Part shown: positions 37,190-50,900 of the stretch, piece after piece | How positions within the stretch are numbered: position 1 is the stretch's first letter | Layout: every line of letters begins with the position of its first letter | Notes under the pieces: generated by a model | What the model was told of the DNA's origin: nothing | The model's input: only the letters and a program-made list of their open reading frames with translations | Databases searched by the model: none | Position numbers and translations under genes: made by a program | Assembly: GCA_040954595.2 (NCBI GenBank) | Contig: CM082586.2 | Location: 9,269,337-9,333,336, forward strand | Length of the DNA: 64,000 nt | Direction: 5' to 3' | Source: Balanoglossus misakiensis | Lineage: Eukaryota > Animalia > Hemichordata

Positions 37190-38105
37190 CCAGATTGGTC
37201 CATGTGCAACCAAGACCACACTTCTCTAGTACTATTGGTTAGCCTGGAATTAGATATGTGCATAACTACTGAGGTCAGGTGTAAGACTCCATCAGTGTCC
37301 AATCACTCCAAATGCAAAGGCTGTATCAGGGCTGGATGCAGAGATATGGGCAAGTATGTCAAAGGTCACCTAAGGTCACCCGAAATTTGGACAAGACATT
37401 TTGAACCCATACTAGTCCATGTTCAACAAGAACAAAACATATAGCCCTATTGGTTCGCCTGGAATTAGGTATGCACATAATTAATGAGATATGCAGGTGT
37501 CACAGGTGACCCCCAATTTTGGCTTTTCAATTTTTGTCCCAAGCCTCCAAACGCCAAGGCTGTACCTGATCTGGATGCTGAGATATAGGAAAGTATGTCA
37601 AAGGTCACCTGAGGTCACCCAAAATTTAGGCGCGAAATTTTGACCCTATACTGGTCCATGTTCACCAGAAACCAAACCTCTAGCACTATTGGTTAGCCTT
37701 GAATTAGGTATGCACATAATTAATGAGATATGCAGGTGTCACAGGTGACCCCAAATTTTGGCTTTTCAATTTTAGTCCCAACCCTCCTAACGCCAAGTCA
37801 GTACCTGCTCTGGATGCAATGATATGGTAAAGTAGGTCAAAGGTCACCTGAGGTCATGCAAAATTTGGGCAAGAAATTTTGACCCTATACTGGTCCATGT
37901 TCATCAGAAACCAAACCTCTAGCACTATTGGTTAGCCTTGAATTAGGTATGCACATAATTAATGAGATATGCAGGTGTCACAGGTGACCCCATTTTGGCT
38001 TTTCAATTTAAGTCCCAATCCTCCAAACACCAAGTCTGTACCTGCTCTGGATGCAAAGATATGGTAAAGTAGGTCCAAGATCACCTGAGGTCATGCAAAA
38101 TTTGG
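37190..38105 (+). repeat. ~238-bp core tandem repeat (x~4) in the right arm of the autonomous element
   Basis: Repeated gtcaaaggtcacctgaggtcac...ggaattaggtatgcacataattaatgag...gtgtcacaggtgaccc; same core as in the non-autonomous elements. Confidence 0.9.
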
Positions 38106-38691
38106 TATACATTTAATGTTAAGGTATAAATTTAATTTTAAAAAATTCATATAAAAAAATCGGTCGATTTTTCATATTATTTTTTTTTCGCTTAAAACGC
38201 TTGACAAATGCTAGGCTAGCTGCACACCAAATTTGGAGTTGATCGGCCCAACAGATTTTGAGATATGTTGTATATGTCTCCAAAATAATAGGTGGTCATA
38301 GCTTAGCTATAGAAAGTATAGGCCCAGGGCTGGGTGAAAAAATATGAAAAATAATACTTACAAATCTTCTTCTCAAAATTGGCATGGCCAATGGCCTTGA
38401 CATTTGGCATGTAGGACACTGACCACATGGTCCGCAAAAGTTGCTAAAAGAATTTTGATATCTCCATTCATATGCAAATAAGGCCGATTTGAAAATTTTG
38501 CCCATATATGGTCATCAGGTCATGTGACTAATTAAACATTCACAAGGGTACTGCACTAGCTCTCATTGACCTGCACCATTGTGCCAAGTTTGAAATTGGT
38601 AGGTTTAGCAGTTTTCCAGATGTAGCTCACCAAAAAAACGACAGAAGAAGAAGAAGAAGAAGAAGAAAAAGAAAAACTCCAGTAAAAACAA

Positions 38692-38924
38692 TAGGGCCCA
38701 AGCCTGCTGGGCTTGGGCCCTAAAAAAAGCCAGTAATACCAATAGGGCCCAAGCCTGCTTGGCTTGGGCCCTAAAAAAGCCAGTAATACCAATAGGGCCC
38801 AAGCCTGCTGGGCTTGGGCCCTAAAAAAAGCCAGTAATACCAATAGGGCCCAAGCCTGCTGGGCTTGGGCCCTAAAAACCCCAGTAATACCAATAGGGCC
38901 CAAGCCTGCTGGGCTTGGGCCCTA
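38692..38924. repeat. Stack of five family-B right-terminal hairpins
   Basis: tagggcccaagcctgct(g/t)ggcttgggcccta at 38692, 38743, 38793, 38844 and 38894, separated by aaaa(g/c)ccagtaataccaa. Confidence 0.95.
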
Positions 38925-38930
38925 ATAATA

Positions 38931-41900
38931 ATTAAAGCTGCAAGCAGCATTGTCCGGGCCCAAGCTCTATTATCTGATCAGATTATTAGATATGCACATA
39001 ATTAATGAGTAGAAACATAATGCTGTGTTTTATCCCATGAAATATCAAGGTTATATCTATGTTTGGTGTTGATATAGTGTTAAGTAGGTCAAAGGTCACC
39101 CAGAGGTCACCCACAATTTGGGCAGAAAATTTTGATCCATAGTGGTCCATGTCCAACAAAAACCAGACCTCTAGCCCTTTTGGTTAGCCCGGAATTAGGT
39201 ATGCACATAAATAATGAGTTAAGCAGGTGTCAAAGGTGACCCAAAACTTTGGCTTTTCATTATGGCCCCATACCTCCAAACGCCAAGGTTGTATCTGCTG
39301 TGGATGTCGAGATATGCAAAAGTAGGTCAAAGGTCACCCGAGGTCACCCAACATTTGGGCAAAATATTTTGACCCCATACTGGTCCATGTATAACAAAAA
39401 CAAAACCTCTAGGTCTATTGGTTCATCATTAATTAGGTATGTGCATATTTAATGAGGTCACCAGAGGTCAAAGGGGTCATGAAAAGTAGCAACATTTTTT
39501 GATCACATACAAATCCACATACATCAAAAACCAAACTTATAGCCCTATTGGTAAGCCTGGAATTAGATATGCAGAAAAATGATGCGTCAAAAGTAGGTCA
39601 AAGGTCATTGCCAAAATTACCAAAATATTTATAGCTTATTCTTGTCATATGATGATTCATATCCATAAAAAGAATTTCTGTGCTATCAATTTTTAGGCTA
39701 GAAAAGGAATTTTTACTTTTTAATCGTTTTTCACAAAATCCAATATGGCCGCCATAATCTTCGACCAATCACATTCCCCTTCGCAAACTTGATAGACACC
39801 TGTTTAATGACCACACACACCAAATCTTGTGACTCGGTTATCGCCCGTTCTTGAGAAGAAGATTTTTGAAGTTTAACTATGGTTTTTCGAAAATCCAATA
39901 TGGCCGCCATAATCTTCGACCAATCACAATGATCTTCGCAAACTTGATAGACATCAGTTAGGTGACCACATACCCCAAACCGCGTGACTCAGTTATCACC
40001 GGTTCTGGAGAAGAAGATTTTTGAAATTTTGACCAGATTTCAGAAAAAAAATTGTAGCAAAAAAACTGCAACATTTACAGCAAAATATCCAATTACAAAA
40101 ATGATGGGTAGAAGGTAGACTACCTGCACACCAAATTTGAAGTCGATCTGACTTGTAGTTTCTGAGATCTGAGATTTGCATTTTTTCAGAAAATCCAATA
40201 TGGCCGCCAGGTCACGTGACTAATTAAAAATTCACAGAATCAATGCACGACTACTCATTGACCTTGACCACTGTAGCAAGTTTCAGAAGTGTACCTGCAG
40301 CGGTGTCTGAGATCTAGAGCGACAAAGAATTGACACAAGAATAAAGAAAGAAAGAAAGAAAGAAAGAAGAAAGAAAAACCCCAACGAAACCAATAGGGCC
40401 CAAGCGCTGGTATGCGCTTGGGCCCTAATAATTAAAGCTGCAAGCAGCGTTGGCGGGGCACAAGCGGTTCCCATGGTGACCAGCAAATACCACGGCTGTA
40501 TCTGCTGGGGATACAAAGATATGGGAAAGTAGGTCAAAGGTCACCTAAGGTCACCCTAAATTTGGGCAAAAAAATTGGACCCCATATAAGTCTAGGTCCA
40601 ACAAAAACAAGACCCCTAGCTCTATTGGTTCGCCTAGAATTAGGTATGCGCATAATTAATGTGGTCTTGTGTAAGACTCCATATGTGCTCCATCTGCCCC
40701 CTAAAAGCCAGGACTCTAACTGCTGTGGATGCTGAGATATGGGAAAGTAGATCAAAGGTCATCCAAGGTCACCCAAAATTTGGGCATAAAATTTTGACCC
40801 CAGAGTGGGCCATGTCCAACTAAAACCAGACCTCTAGCCCTATTGGTTAGCCTGGAATTAGATATGCAGAAAAATGATGTTTCAGAAATAGGTCAAGGGT
40901 CATTGCCAAAATTACCAAAATATTTGTGCCATGTCCTGGCTGCATTGGTACCCATGTCCACAAAATTCATGACTGTGGTGCTTTGACAAGAGGAGGTATG
41001 TTGAATATGCATATATAATTAGTTGTTTTAAAACTGGGTCAAAGGTCATGTGAAAATTGCCCCGAAAAATTGTGACAACTTCCGGTCATATGATGACTCA
41101 TATCCAAAAAAAGAATTTCCGTGCTGTCAATATTTTGGCTACAAAACGGAATTTTCATTTTTCAATGGTTTTCCGAAAATCCAACATGGCCGCCATAATG
41201 ATCGACCAATCACAGTGTGCTTCGCAAACTTGATAGACATAGGTTAGGTGACCACATATCCCAAATCCCGAGACTCGGTAACCGCTGGTTCTGGAGAAGA
41301 AGATTTTTAAAGTTTTAGGTAGTTTTTCAGAAAAACAATTGTAGCAAAAAAACTTTATGTATGACGTCATGATTTTAATGGGGTAAAATGATGGACATAA
41401 GGTAGGCTACCTGCACACCAAATTTGAACTCGATCGGCCCAATGGTTTTAGAGAAGGACTCATTTAACGATTTTCAGGAAATCCAATATGGCCGCCAGGT
41501 CACGTGACTAATTAAATATTCACGAGCCACTGCACGTCTACTCATTGGCCCCTACCACCCTACCAAGTTTCAGCCCCCTAGGTGCTGCGGTTTTCCAGAT
41601 CTACCTGGCCGAATTTCTCGGAAGAAGAAGAAGAATAATTAAAGCTGCAAGCAGCATTGTCCGGGCCCAAGCTCTATTATCTGATCAGATTATTAGATAT
41701 GCACATAATTAATGAGTAGAAACATAATGCTGTGTTTTATCCCACGAAATATCAAGGTTATATCTATGTTTGGTGTTGATATAGTGTTAAGTAGGTCAAA
41801 GGTCACCCAGAGGTCACCCACAATTTGGGCAGAAAATTTTGACCCATAGTGGTCCATGTCCAACAAAAACCAGACCTCTATCCCTTTTGGTTAGCCCAGA

Positions 41901-44900
41901 ATTAGGTATGCACATAAATAATGAGTTAAGCAGGTGTCACAGGTGACCCAAAACTTTGGCTTTTCATTATGGCCCCATACCTCCAAACGCCAGGGCTGTA
42001 TCTGCTGTGGATGTCGAGATATGCAAAAGTAGGTCAAAGGTCATCCGAGGTCACCCAACATTTGGGCAAAAAAATTTGACCCAATACTGGTTCATGTCCA
42101 ACAAAAACCAAACCTCTAGGTCTATTGGTTCATCTGTAATTAGGTATGCGCATATTTAATGAGGTCAGCAGAGGTCAAAGGGGTCATGAAAAGTAGCGAA
42201 ATTTTTTGATTGCATACAAATCCACATACATCAAAAACCAAACTTATAGCCCTATTAGTTAGCCTGGAATTAGATATGCAGAAAAATGATGTGTCAAAAG
42301 TAGGTCAAAGGTCATTGTCAAAATTACCAAAATATTTATAGCTTATTCTTGGCATATGATGATTCATATCCATAAAAAGAATTTCTGTGCTATCAATTTT
42401 TAGGCTAGAAAGGGAATTTTTACTTTTTAATCGTTTTTCACAAAATCCAATATGGCCGCCATAATCTTCGACCAATCACATTCACCTTCGCAAACTTGAT
42501 AGACATCTGTTTAATGACCACACACACCAAATCTTGTGACTCAGTTATCGCCGGTTCTTGAGAAGAAGATTTTTGAAATTTTACTAGGGTTTTTCGAAAA
42601 TCCAATATGGCCGCCATAATCTTCGACCAATCACAATGATCTTCGCAAACTTGATAGACCTCACTTAGGTGACCACATACCCCAAACCACGTGACTCGGT
42701 TATTGCCGGTTCTGGAGAAGAAGATTTTTGAAATTTTGACCAGATTTCAGAAAAAAAATTGTAGCAAAAAAACTGCAACATTGACAGCAAAATATCCAAT
42801 TACAAAAATGATGGGCAGAAGGTACACTACCAGCACACCAAATCTGAAGTAAATCTGACTTGTAGTTTCTGAGATCTGAGATTTGCATTTTTTCAGAAAA
42901 TCCAATATGGCCGCCATGTCACGTGACTAATTAAAAATTCAAGAGTTCAATGCACGACTACCCATTGACCTTGACCACTGTAGCAAGTTTGAGAAGTGTA
43001 CCTGCAGCGGTGTCTGAGATCTAGAGCGACAAAGAAATGACAGAAGAATAAAGAAAGAAGGAAAGACAGAAAAACCCCAACGAAACCAATAGGGCCCAAG
43101 CGCTGGTATGCGCTTGGGCCCTAATTAAAGCTGCAAGCAGCATTGTCCGGGCCCAAGCTCTATTATCTGATCTGATTATTAGATATGCACATAATTAATG
43201 AGTAGGAACATAATGCTGTGTTTTATCCCATGAAATATCAAGGTTATATCTATGTTTGGTGTTGATATAGTGTTAAGTAGGTCAAAGGTCACCCAGAGGT
43301 CACCCACAATTTGGGCAGAAAATTTTGACCCATAGTGGTCCATGTCCAACAAAATCCAGATCTCTAGCCCTTTTGGTTAGCCCGAAATTAGGTATGCACA
43401 TAAATAATGAGTTAAGCAGGTGTCACAGGTGACCCAAAACTTTGGCTTTTCATTATGGCCCCATACCTCCAAACGCCAAGGCTGTATCTGCTGTGGATGT
43501 CGAGATATGCAAAAGTAGGTCAAAGGTCATCCGAGGTCACCCAACATTTGGGCAAAAAAATTTGACCCAATACTGGTTCATGTCCAACAGAAACCAAACA
43601 TCTAGGTCTATTGGTTCATCTGTAATTAGGTATGCGCATATTTAATGAGGTCAGCAGAGGTCAAAGGGGTCATGATAAGTAGCGAAATTTTTTGATCACA
43701 TACAAATCCACATACATCAAAAACCAAAATCATAGCCCTATAGGTTAGCCTGGAATTAGATATGCAGAAAAAAATGATGTGTCAAAAGTAGGTCAAAGGT
43801 CATTGCCAAAATTACCAAAATATTTGGGGTAGGTCCTGGCAGGGATGATACCAATGTGCACAAAAATCAGAACTCTGGTACATTTAGAACACGCAGTATG
43901 AGCTATATATGCATATATGCAGGTTCTTAAAAAAGTAGGTCAAAGGTCATGTGAAAATTTCCAAAATATTTGCAACATATTCTAGTCATATCAAGACTCA
44001 TATCCATAAAAAGAATGTGTATGCTATCTATTTTTAGACTAGAAATATGATTTCTTAATTTTCGCTGGTTTTTACAAAATCCAATATGGCCGCCATAATC
44101 TTCGACCAATCACAACGCTCTTCGCAAACTTGATAGACATCAGTTAGGTGATGTCATACCCTAAATCCCATGACTCGGTTATTGCCGGTTCTGGAGAAGA
44201 AGATTTTTGAAGATTTTACTGTACTTTTTCGAAAATCCAATATGGCGGCCAAAGTCACGTGACCGCTCAGGATTTTATTGTCAAACTTTGAAGGGCAGAG
44301 GACATGTGTACCATACACCAAATTTGAACTTGATTGGCCCTGTGGTTTTTGAGAAGAAGCCATTTAAAGATTTTCAGAAAATCCAATATGGCCGCCAGGT
44401 CACGTGACTAATTAAATATTCACAAGCCACTGCACATCTACTCATTGACCTTGACCACTGTAGCAAGTTTGAGAAGTGTACCTGTAGCCATTTCAGAGAT
44501 CTAGGAGAGCAAAGATTGACATAAGAATAAAGAAAGAATTAAAGCTGCAAGCAGCATTGTCCGGGCCCAAGCTTTATTATCTGATCTGATTATTAGATAT
44601 GCACATAATTAATAAGTAGAAACATAATGCTGTGTTTTAGCAAATGAAATATCAAGGTTATATCTATGTTTGGTGCTGATATAGTGTTAAGTAGGTCAAA
44701 GGTCATCCAGAGGTCACCTCAATTTGGGCAGAAAATTTTGACCCATAGTGGTCCATGTCCATCAAAAACCAGACCTCTAGCCCTTTTGGTTAGCCCGGAA
44801 TTAGGTATGCACATAAATAATGCGTAAAGCAGGTGTCACAGGTGAGCCAAAACTTTGGCTTTTAATTATGGCCCCATACCTCCAAATGCCCAGACTGTAC

Positions 44901-47900
44901 CTGCTTTGGATGTCGAGATATGCAAAAATAGGTCAAAGGTCATCTGAGGTCACCCAAAATTTGGGCAGAAAATTTTGACCCAAAGTAGTCCATGTCCAAC
45001 AAAAACCAGACCTCTAGCCCTTTTGGTTAGCCCGGAATAAGGTATGCACATAAATAATGAGTTAAGCAGGTGTCACAGGTGACCCAAAACTTTGGCTTTT
45101 CATTATGGCCCCATATCTCCAAACGCCAAGGCTGTATCTGCTGTGGATGTCGAGATATGCAAAAATTAGGTCAAAGGTCACCCGAGGTCACCCAACATTT
45201 GGGCAAAATATTTTGACCCCATACTAATCCATGTCCAAAAAAACCAAACCTCTAGGTCTATTGGTTCATCTGTAATTAGGTATGCGCACATTTAATGAGG
45301 TCAGCAGAGGTCAAAGGGGTCATGAAAAGTAGCACAATTTTTTGATCACATACAAATCCACATACATGAAAAACCAAACTTATAGCCCTATTGGTTAGCC
45401 TGGAATTAGATATGCAGAAAAACGATGCGTCAAAAGTAGGTCAAAGGTCATTGCCAAAATTACCAAAATATTTATAGCTTATTCTTGTCATATGATGATT
45501 CATATCCATAAAAAGAATTTCTGTGCTATCAATTTTTAGGCTAGAAAGGGAATTTTTACTTTTTAATCGTTTTTCACAAAATCCAATATGGCCGCCATAA
45601 TCTACGACCAATCACATTCTTCTTCGCAAACTTGATAGACATCTATTTAATGACCACACACACCAAATCTTGTGACTCGGTTATCGCCGGTTCTTGAGAA
45701 GAAGATTTTTGAAGTTTTACTATGGTTTTTCGAAAATCCAATATGGCTGCCATAATCTTCGACCAATCACAATGATCTTCGCAAACTTGATAGACATCAG
45801 TTAGGTGACCACATACCCCAAACGGCGTGACTCGGTTATCGCCGGTTCTGGAGAAGAAGATTTTTGAAATTTTGACCAGATTTCAGAAAAACAACTGTAG
45901 CAAAAAAACTGCAACATTGACAGCAAAATATCCAATTACAAAAATGATGGGCATTAGGTATACTAGCTGCACACCAAATTTGAGGTCAATCTGACTTGTA
46001 GTTTCTGAGATCTGAGATTTGCATTTTTTCAGAAAATCCAATATGGCCGCCAGGTCACGTGACTAATTAAAAATTCATGGGTTCAATGCACGACTACTCA
46101 TTGACCTTGACCACTGTAGCAAGTTTGAAAACTGTACCTGCAGTGGTGTCTGAGATCTAGAGCGACAAAGAATTGACATAAGAATAAAGAAAGAAAGAAA
46201 GACTGAAAAATACCAACGAAACCAATAGGGCCCAAGCCTGGCTTGGCTTGGGCCCTAAAAATTCCAACGAAACCAATACGGGCCCAAGCCTGGCTTGGCT
46301 TGGGCCCGTAATAAAGAAGAAATATTCCAACAATACCAATAGGGGCACAAGCCCGATAGGCTTGTGCCCCTAATTAAAGCTGCAAGCAGCATTGTCCGGG
46401 CCCAAGCTCTATTATCTGATCTGATTATTAGATATGCACATAATTAATGAGTAGGAACATAATGCTGTGTTTTATCCCATGAAATATCAAGGTTATATCT
46501 ATGTTTGGTGTTGATATAGTGTTAAGTAGGTCAAAGGTCACCCAGAGGTCACCCACAATTTGGGCAGAAAATTTTGACCCATAGTGGTCCATGTCCAACA
46601 AAATCCAGATCTCTAGCCCTTTTGGTTAGCCCGAAATTAGGTATGCACATAAATAATGAGTTAAGCAGGTGTCACAGGTGACCCAAAACTTTGGCTTTTC
46701 ATTATGGCCCCATACCTCCAAACGCCAAGGCTGTATCTGCTGTGGATGTCGAGATATGCAAAAGTAGGTCAAAGGTCATCCGAGGTCACCCAACATTTGG
46801 GCAAAAAAATTTGACCCAATACTGGTTCATGTCCAACAGAAACCAAACATCTAGGTCTATTGGTTCATCTGTAATTAGGTATGCGCATATTTAATGAGGT
46901 CAGCAGAGGTCAAAGGGGTCATGATAAGTAGCGAAATTTTTTGATCACATACAAATCCACATACATCAAAAACCAAAATCATAGCCCTATAGGTTAGCCT
47001 GGAATTAGATATGCAGAAAAAAACGATGTGTCAAAAGTAGGTCAAAGGTCATTGCCAAAATTACCAAAATATTTGGGGTAGGTCCTGGCAGGGATGATAC
47101 CAATGTGCACAAAAATCAGAACTCTGGTACATTTAGAACACGTAGTATGAGCTATATATGCATATATGCAGGTTCTTAAAAAAGTAGGTCAAAGGTCATG
47201 TGAAAATTTCCAAAATATTTGCAACATATTCTAGTCATATCACGACTCATATCCATAAAAAGAATGTGTATGCTATCTATTTTTAGACTAGAAATATGAT
47301 TTCTTAATTTTCGCTGGTTTTTACAAAATCCAATATGGCCGCCATAATCTTCGACCAATCACAACGCTCTTCGCAAACTTGATAGACATCAGTTAGGTGA
47401 TGTCATACCCTAAATCCCATGACTCGGTTATTGCCGGTTCTGGAGAAGAAGATTTTTGAAGATTTTACTGTACTTTTTCGAAAATCCAATATGGCGGCCA
47501 AAGTCACGTGACCGCTCAGGATTTTATTGTCAAACTTTGAAGGGCAGAGGACATGTGTACCATACACCAAATTTGAACTTGATTGGCCCTGTGGTTTTTG
47601 AGAAGCCATTTAAAGATTTTCAGAAAATCCAATATGGCCGCCAGGTCACGTGACTAATTAAATATTCACAAGCCACTGCACATCTACTCATTGACCTTGA
47701 CCACTGTAGCAAGTTTGAGAAGTGTACCTGTAGCCGTTTCAGAGATCTAGGAGAGCAAAGATTGACATAAGAATAAAGAAAGAATTAAAGCTGAAAGCAG
47801 CATTGTCGGGCCCAAGCGCTGATCCGGTATTATATATGCACAGTATGAATGAGAAGAAACAGAATGCTCTATCAGGTGTTTTATCTCATGACATAACAAG

Positions 47901-50900
47901 GACGTATGTATTTTTCCTGCTGAAATAGAGTAAAGTAGGTCAAAGGTCACCTGAGGTCACCCAACATTTGGGCAACAAATTTTGATCCCATATTGGTTCA
48001 TGTCCAACAAAAACTAAAACTCTAGTTCTATTGGTTCGCCTGTAATTAGGTATGTGCATATTTAATGAGGTCAGCAGGTGTCACAGGTGACTCAAAAATG
48101 TGGCTTTACATTTTGGTCCCATCCTGCCAAATGCCAAGGCTGTATCTGCCCTGGATGCTGAGATATGCGAAAGTAGGTCAAAGGTCACCGGAGGTCACCC
48201 AATATTTGGGCAACAAATTTTGATCCCATATTGGTTCATGTCCAACAAAAACCAAACCTCTAGCTCTATTGGTTCGCCTGTAATTAGCTATGCACATAAT
48301 TAATGAGGTCAGCAGAGGTCAAAGGGGTCATGAAAGTAGCAAAATATTTTGATCACACACAAATCCACATGCATCAAAAACCAAATGTCTAGCCCTATAG
48401 GTTAGCCTGGAAATAGATATGCAGAAATAATAATGTCTGAAAAGTAGGTCAAAGGTCATGTGAAAAATCGACAAAAATTTGTAACATATTTTAGTCACAT
48501 AAAGATTGATATCCATCAAAAGAATTTGTATGCTATCAATTTTTAGACTAGAAAAAGGAATTTCAATTTTTCACTGCTTTTTACAAAATCCAATATGGCC
48601 GCCATAATCTTCGACCAATCACAATGTTCTTTGCAAACTTGATAGACATCAGTGTAGTGACCATACTCCCCGAATCTTGCGACTCAGTCATCGCCCGTTC
48701 TGGAGAAGAAGATTTTTGGAGTTTAACTATGGTTTTTCGAAAATCCAATATGGCCGCCATAATCTTCGACCAATCACAATGATCTTCGCAAACTTGATAG
48801 ACATCAGTGAGGTGACCACATACCCCAAACCCCGTGTCTCGGTTATCACCGGTTCTGGAGAAGAAGATTTTTGAAATTTAAGCCAGATTTCAGAAAAAAA
48901 ATTGTAGCAAAAAAACTGCAACACTGTAGCAAAATTTCCAATTACAAAAATGATGGGTAGAAGGTAGTCTACCTGCATGCCGAATTTGAAGTCGATCTGA
49001 CTTGTAGTTTCTGAGATCTGAGATTTGAATTTTTTCAGAAAATCCAATATGGCCGCCAGGTCACGTGACTAATTAAGTATTCACAAGTCACTGCACATCT
49101 ACTCATAGACCTTGACCACTGTAGCAAGTTTGAGCAGTGTACCTGCAGTAGTTTCAGAGATTTAGTTGGCCGAAGAATTGACACAAGAATAAATTAAAGC
49201 TGCGAGCAGCATTGTCGGGCCCAAGCGCTGATCTTGAATTATATATGCACAGTATGAATGAGAAGAAACAGAATTTTCCATCGGATGTATTATCTCATGA
49301 CATAACAAGGATGTGTGTATTTTTGCTGCTGAAATAGGGTGAAGTAGGTCAAAGGTCACCTAAGGTCACCCAACATTTGGGCAATTTTTTTTTACCCATA
49401 CTGGTCCATGTCCAACAAAAACCAAAACTCTAGCTCTTTTGGTTCGGATGTAATCAGGTATGTGCATATTTAATGAGGTCAGCAGGTGTCACAGGTGACC
49501 CAAAAATGTGGCTTTACATTCTGGTCCCATCCTACAAAATGCCATGGCTGTATCTGCTCTAGATGCTGAGATATGCGAAAGTAGGTCAAAGGTCACCAGA
49601 GGTCACCCAACATTTGGGCAAAAAATTTTGATCCCATACTGGTCCATGTCCAACAAAAACCAAACCTCTAGCTCTATTGGTTCGCCTGTAATTAGCTATG
49701 TACATAATTAATGAGGTCAGCAGAGGTCAAAGGGGTCATGAAAAGTAGCAAAATATTTTGATCACACACTAATCCACATGCATCAAAAACCAAAAGTCTA
49801 GCCCTATAGGTTAGCCTGGAATTAGATATGCAGAAATAATAACGCATGATAAGTAGGTCAAAGGTCATGTGAAAAATCGCCAAAAATTTGTAACATATTT
49901 TAGTCATATGATGATTGATATCCATGAAAAGAATTTGTATGCTGTCAATTTTTAGACTAGGAAAAGGAATTCCAATTTTTCACTGCTTTTTACAAAATCC
50001 AATATGGCCGCCATAATCTTCAACCAATCACAATGCTCTTTGCAAACTTGATAGACATCAGTGTTGTGACCATACTCCCCGAATCTTGCGACTCAGTTAT
50101 CGCCCGTTCTGGAGAAGAAGATTTTTGCAGTTTTACTATGGTTTTTCGAAAATCCAATATGGCCGCCATAATCTTCGACCAATCACAATGCTTCTTATCA
50201 AACTTGATAGACATCAGTTAGGTGACCACATACCCCAAACCGCGTCACTCGGTTATCACCGGTTCTGGAGAAGAAGATTTTTGAAATTTAAGCCAGATTT
50301 CAGAAAAAAAATTGTAGCAAAAAAACTGCAACATTTACAGCAAAATATCTAATTACAAAAATGATGGGTAGAAGGTAGACTACCTGCACACCAAATTTGA
50401 AGTCGATCTGACTTGTAGTTTCTGAGATCTGAGATTTGCATTTTTTCAGAAAATCCAATATGGCCGCCATGTCACGTGACTAATTAAAAATTCAAGAGTT
50501 CAATGCACGACTACCCATTGACCTTGACCACTGTAGCAAGTTTGAGAAGTGTACCTGCAGCGGTGTCTGAGATCTAGAGCGACAAAGAAATGACACAAGA
50601 ATAAAGAAAGAAAGAAAGAAAGACAGATTAAAGCTGCAAGCAGCATTGTCCGGGCCCAAGCTCTATTATCTGATCTGATATTAGATATGCACATAATTAA
50701 TGAGTAGAAACATAATGCTGTTTCATCCCATGAAATATCAAGGTTATATCTATGTTTGGTGCTGTTAAAGTAGGTCAAAGGTCACCCAGAGGTCACCCAA
50801 CATTTGGGCAGAAAATTTTGACCCATAGTGGTCCATGTCCAACAAAAACCAGACCTCTAGCCCTTTTGGTTAGCCTGGAATTAGGTATGCACATAAATAA

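Larger units (their letters stand above)
24220..38722 (+). mobile_element. Autonomous Helentron (family B), ~14.5 kb, full length
   Basis: Left end atataGCTGC-caa-GCAGCaatggcGGGCCCAAGC (short stem-loop + subterminal inverted repeat) at 24220. Contains the RepHel-APE ORF. The right ~1.5 kb is homologous to the family-B non-autonomous elements. Right end is (GAA)n + hairpin tagGGCCCAAGCctgctggGCTTGGGCCcta at 38692-38722. Inserted at an AA/TT site with no TSD. Confidence 0.9.

Noticed and set aside
24220-38722. Canonical Helitron1 (5'-TC ... hairpin-CTRR-3', A|T target) or non-LTR retrotransposon because of the APE domain
   Set aside because: There are no TC/CTRR ends and no reverse transcriptase; the subTIRs, TT/AA target, RGSPH motif and C-terminal APE fit a Helentron.
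38692-38924. CRISPR-like array of palindromic ~31-34 bp repeats with ~20 bp spacers (also 9190-9333, 22668-22808, 46226-46372, 52306-52527)
   Set aside because: The spacers are near-identical to each other, there are no cas genes, the context is eukaryotic, and the repeats are the right-terminal hairpins of the transposons.
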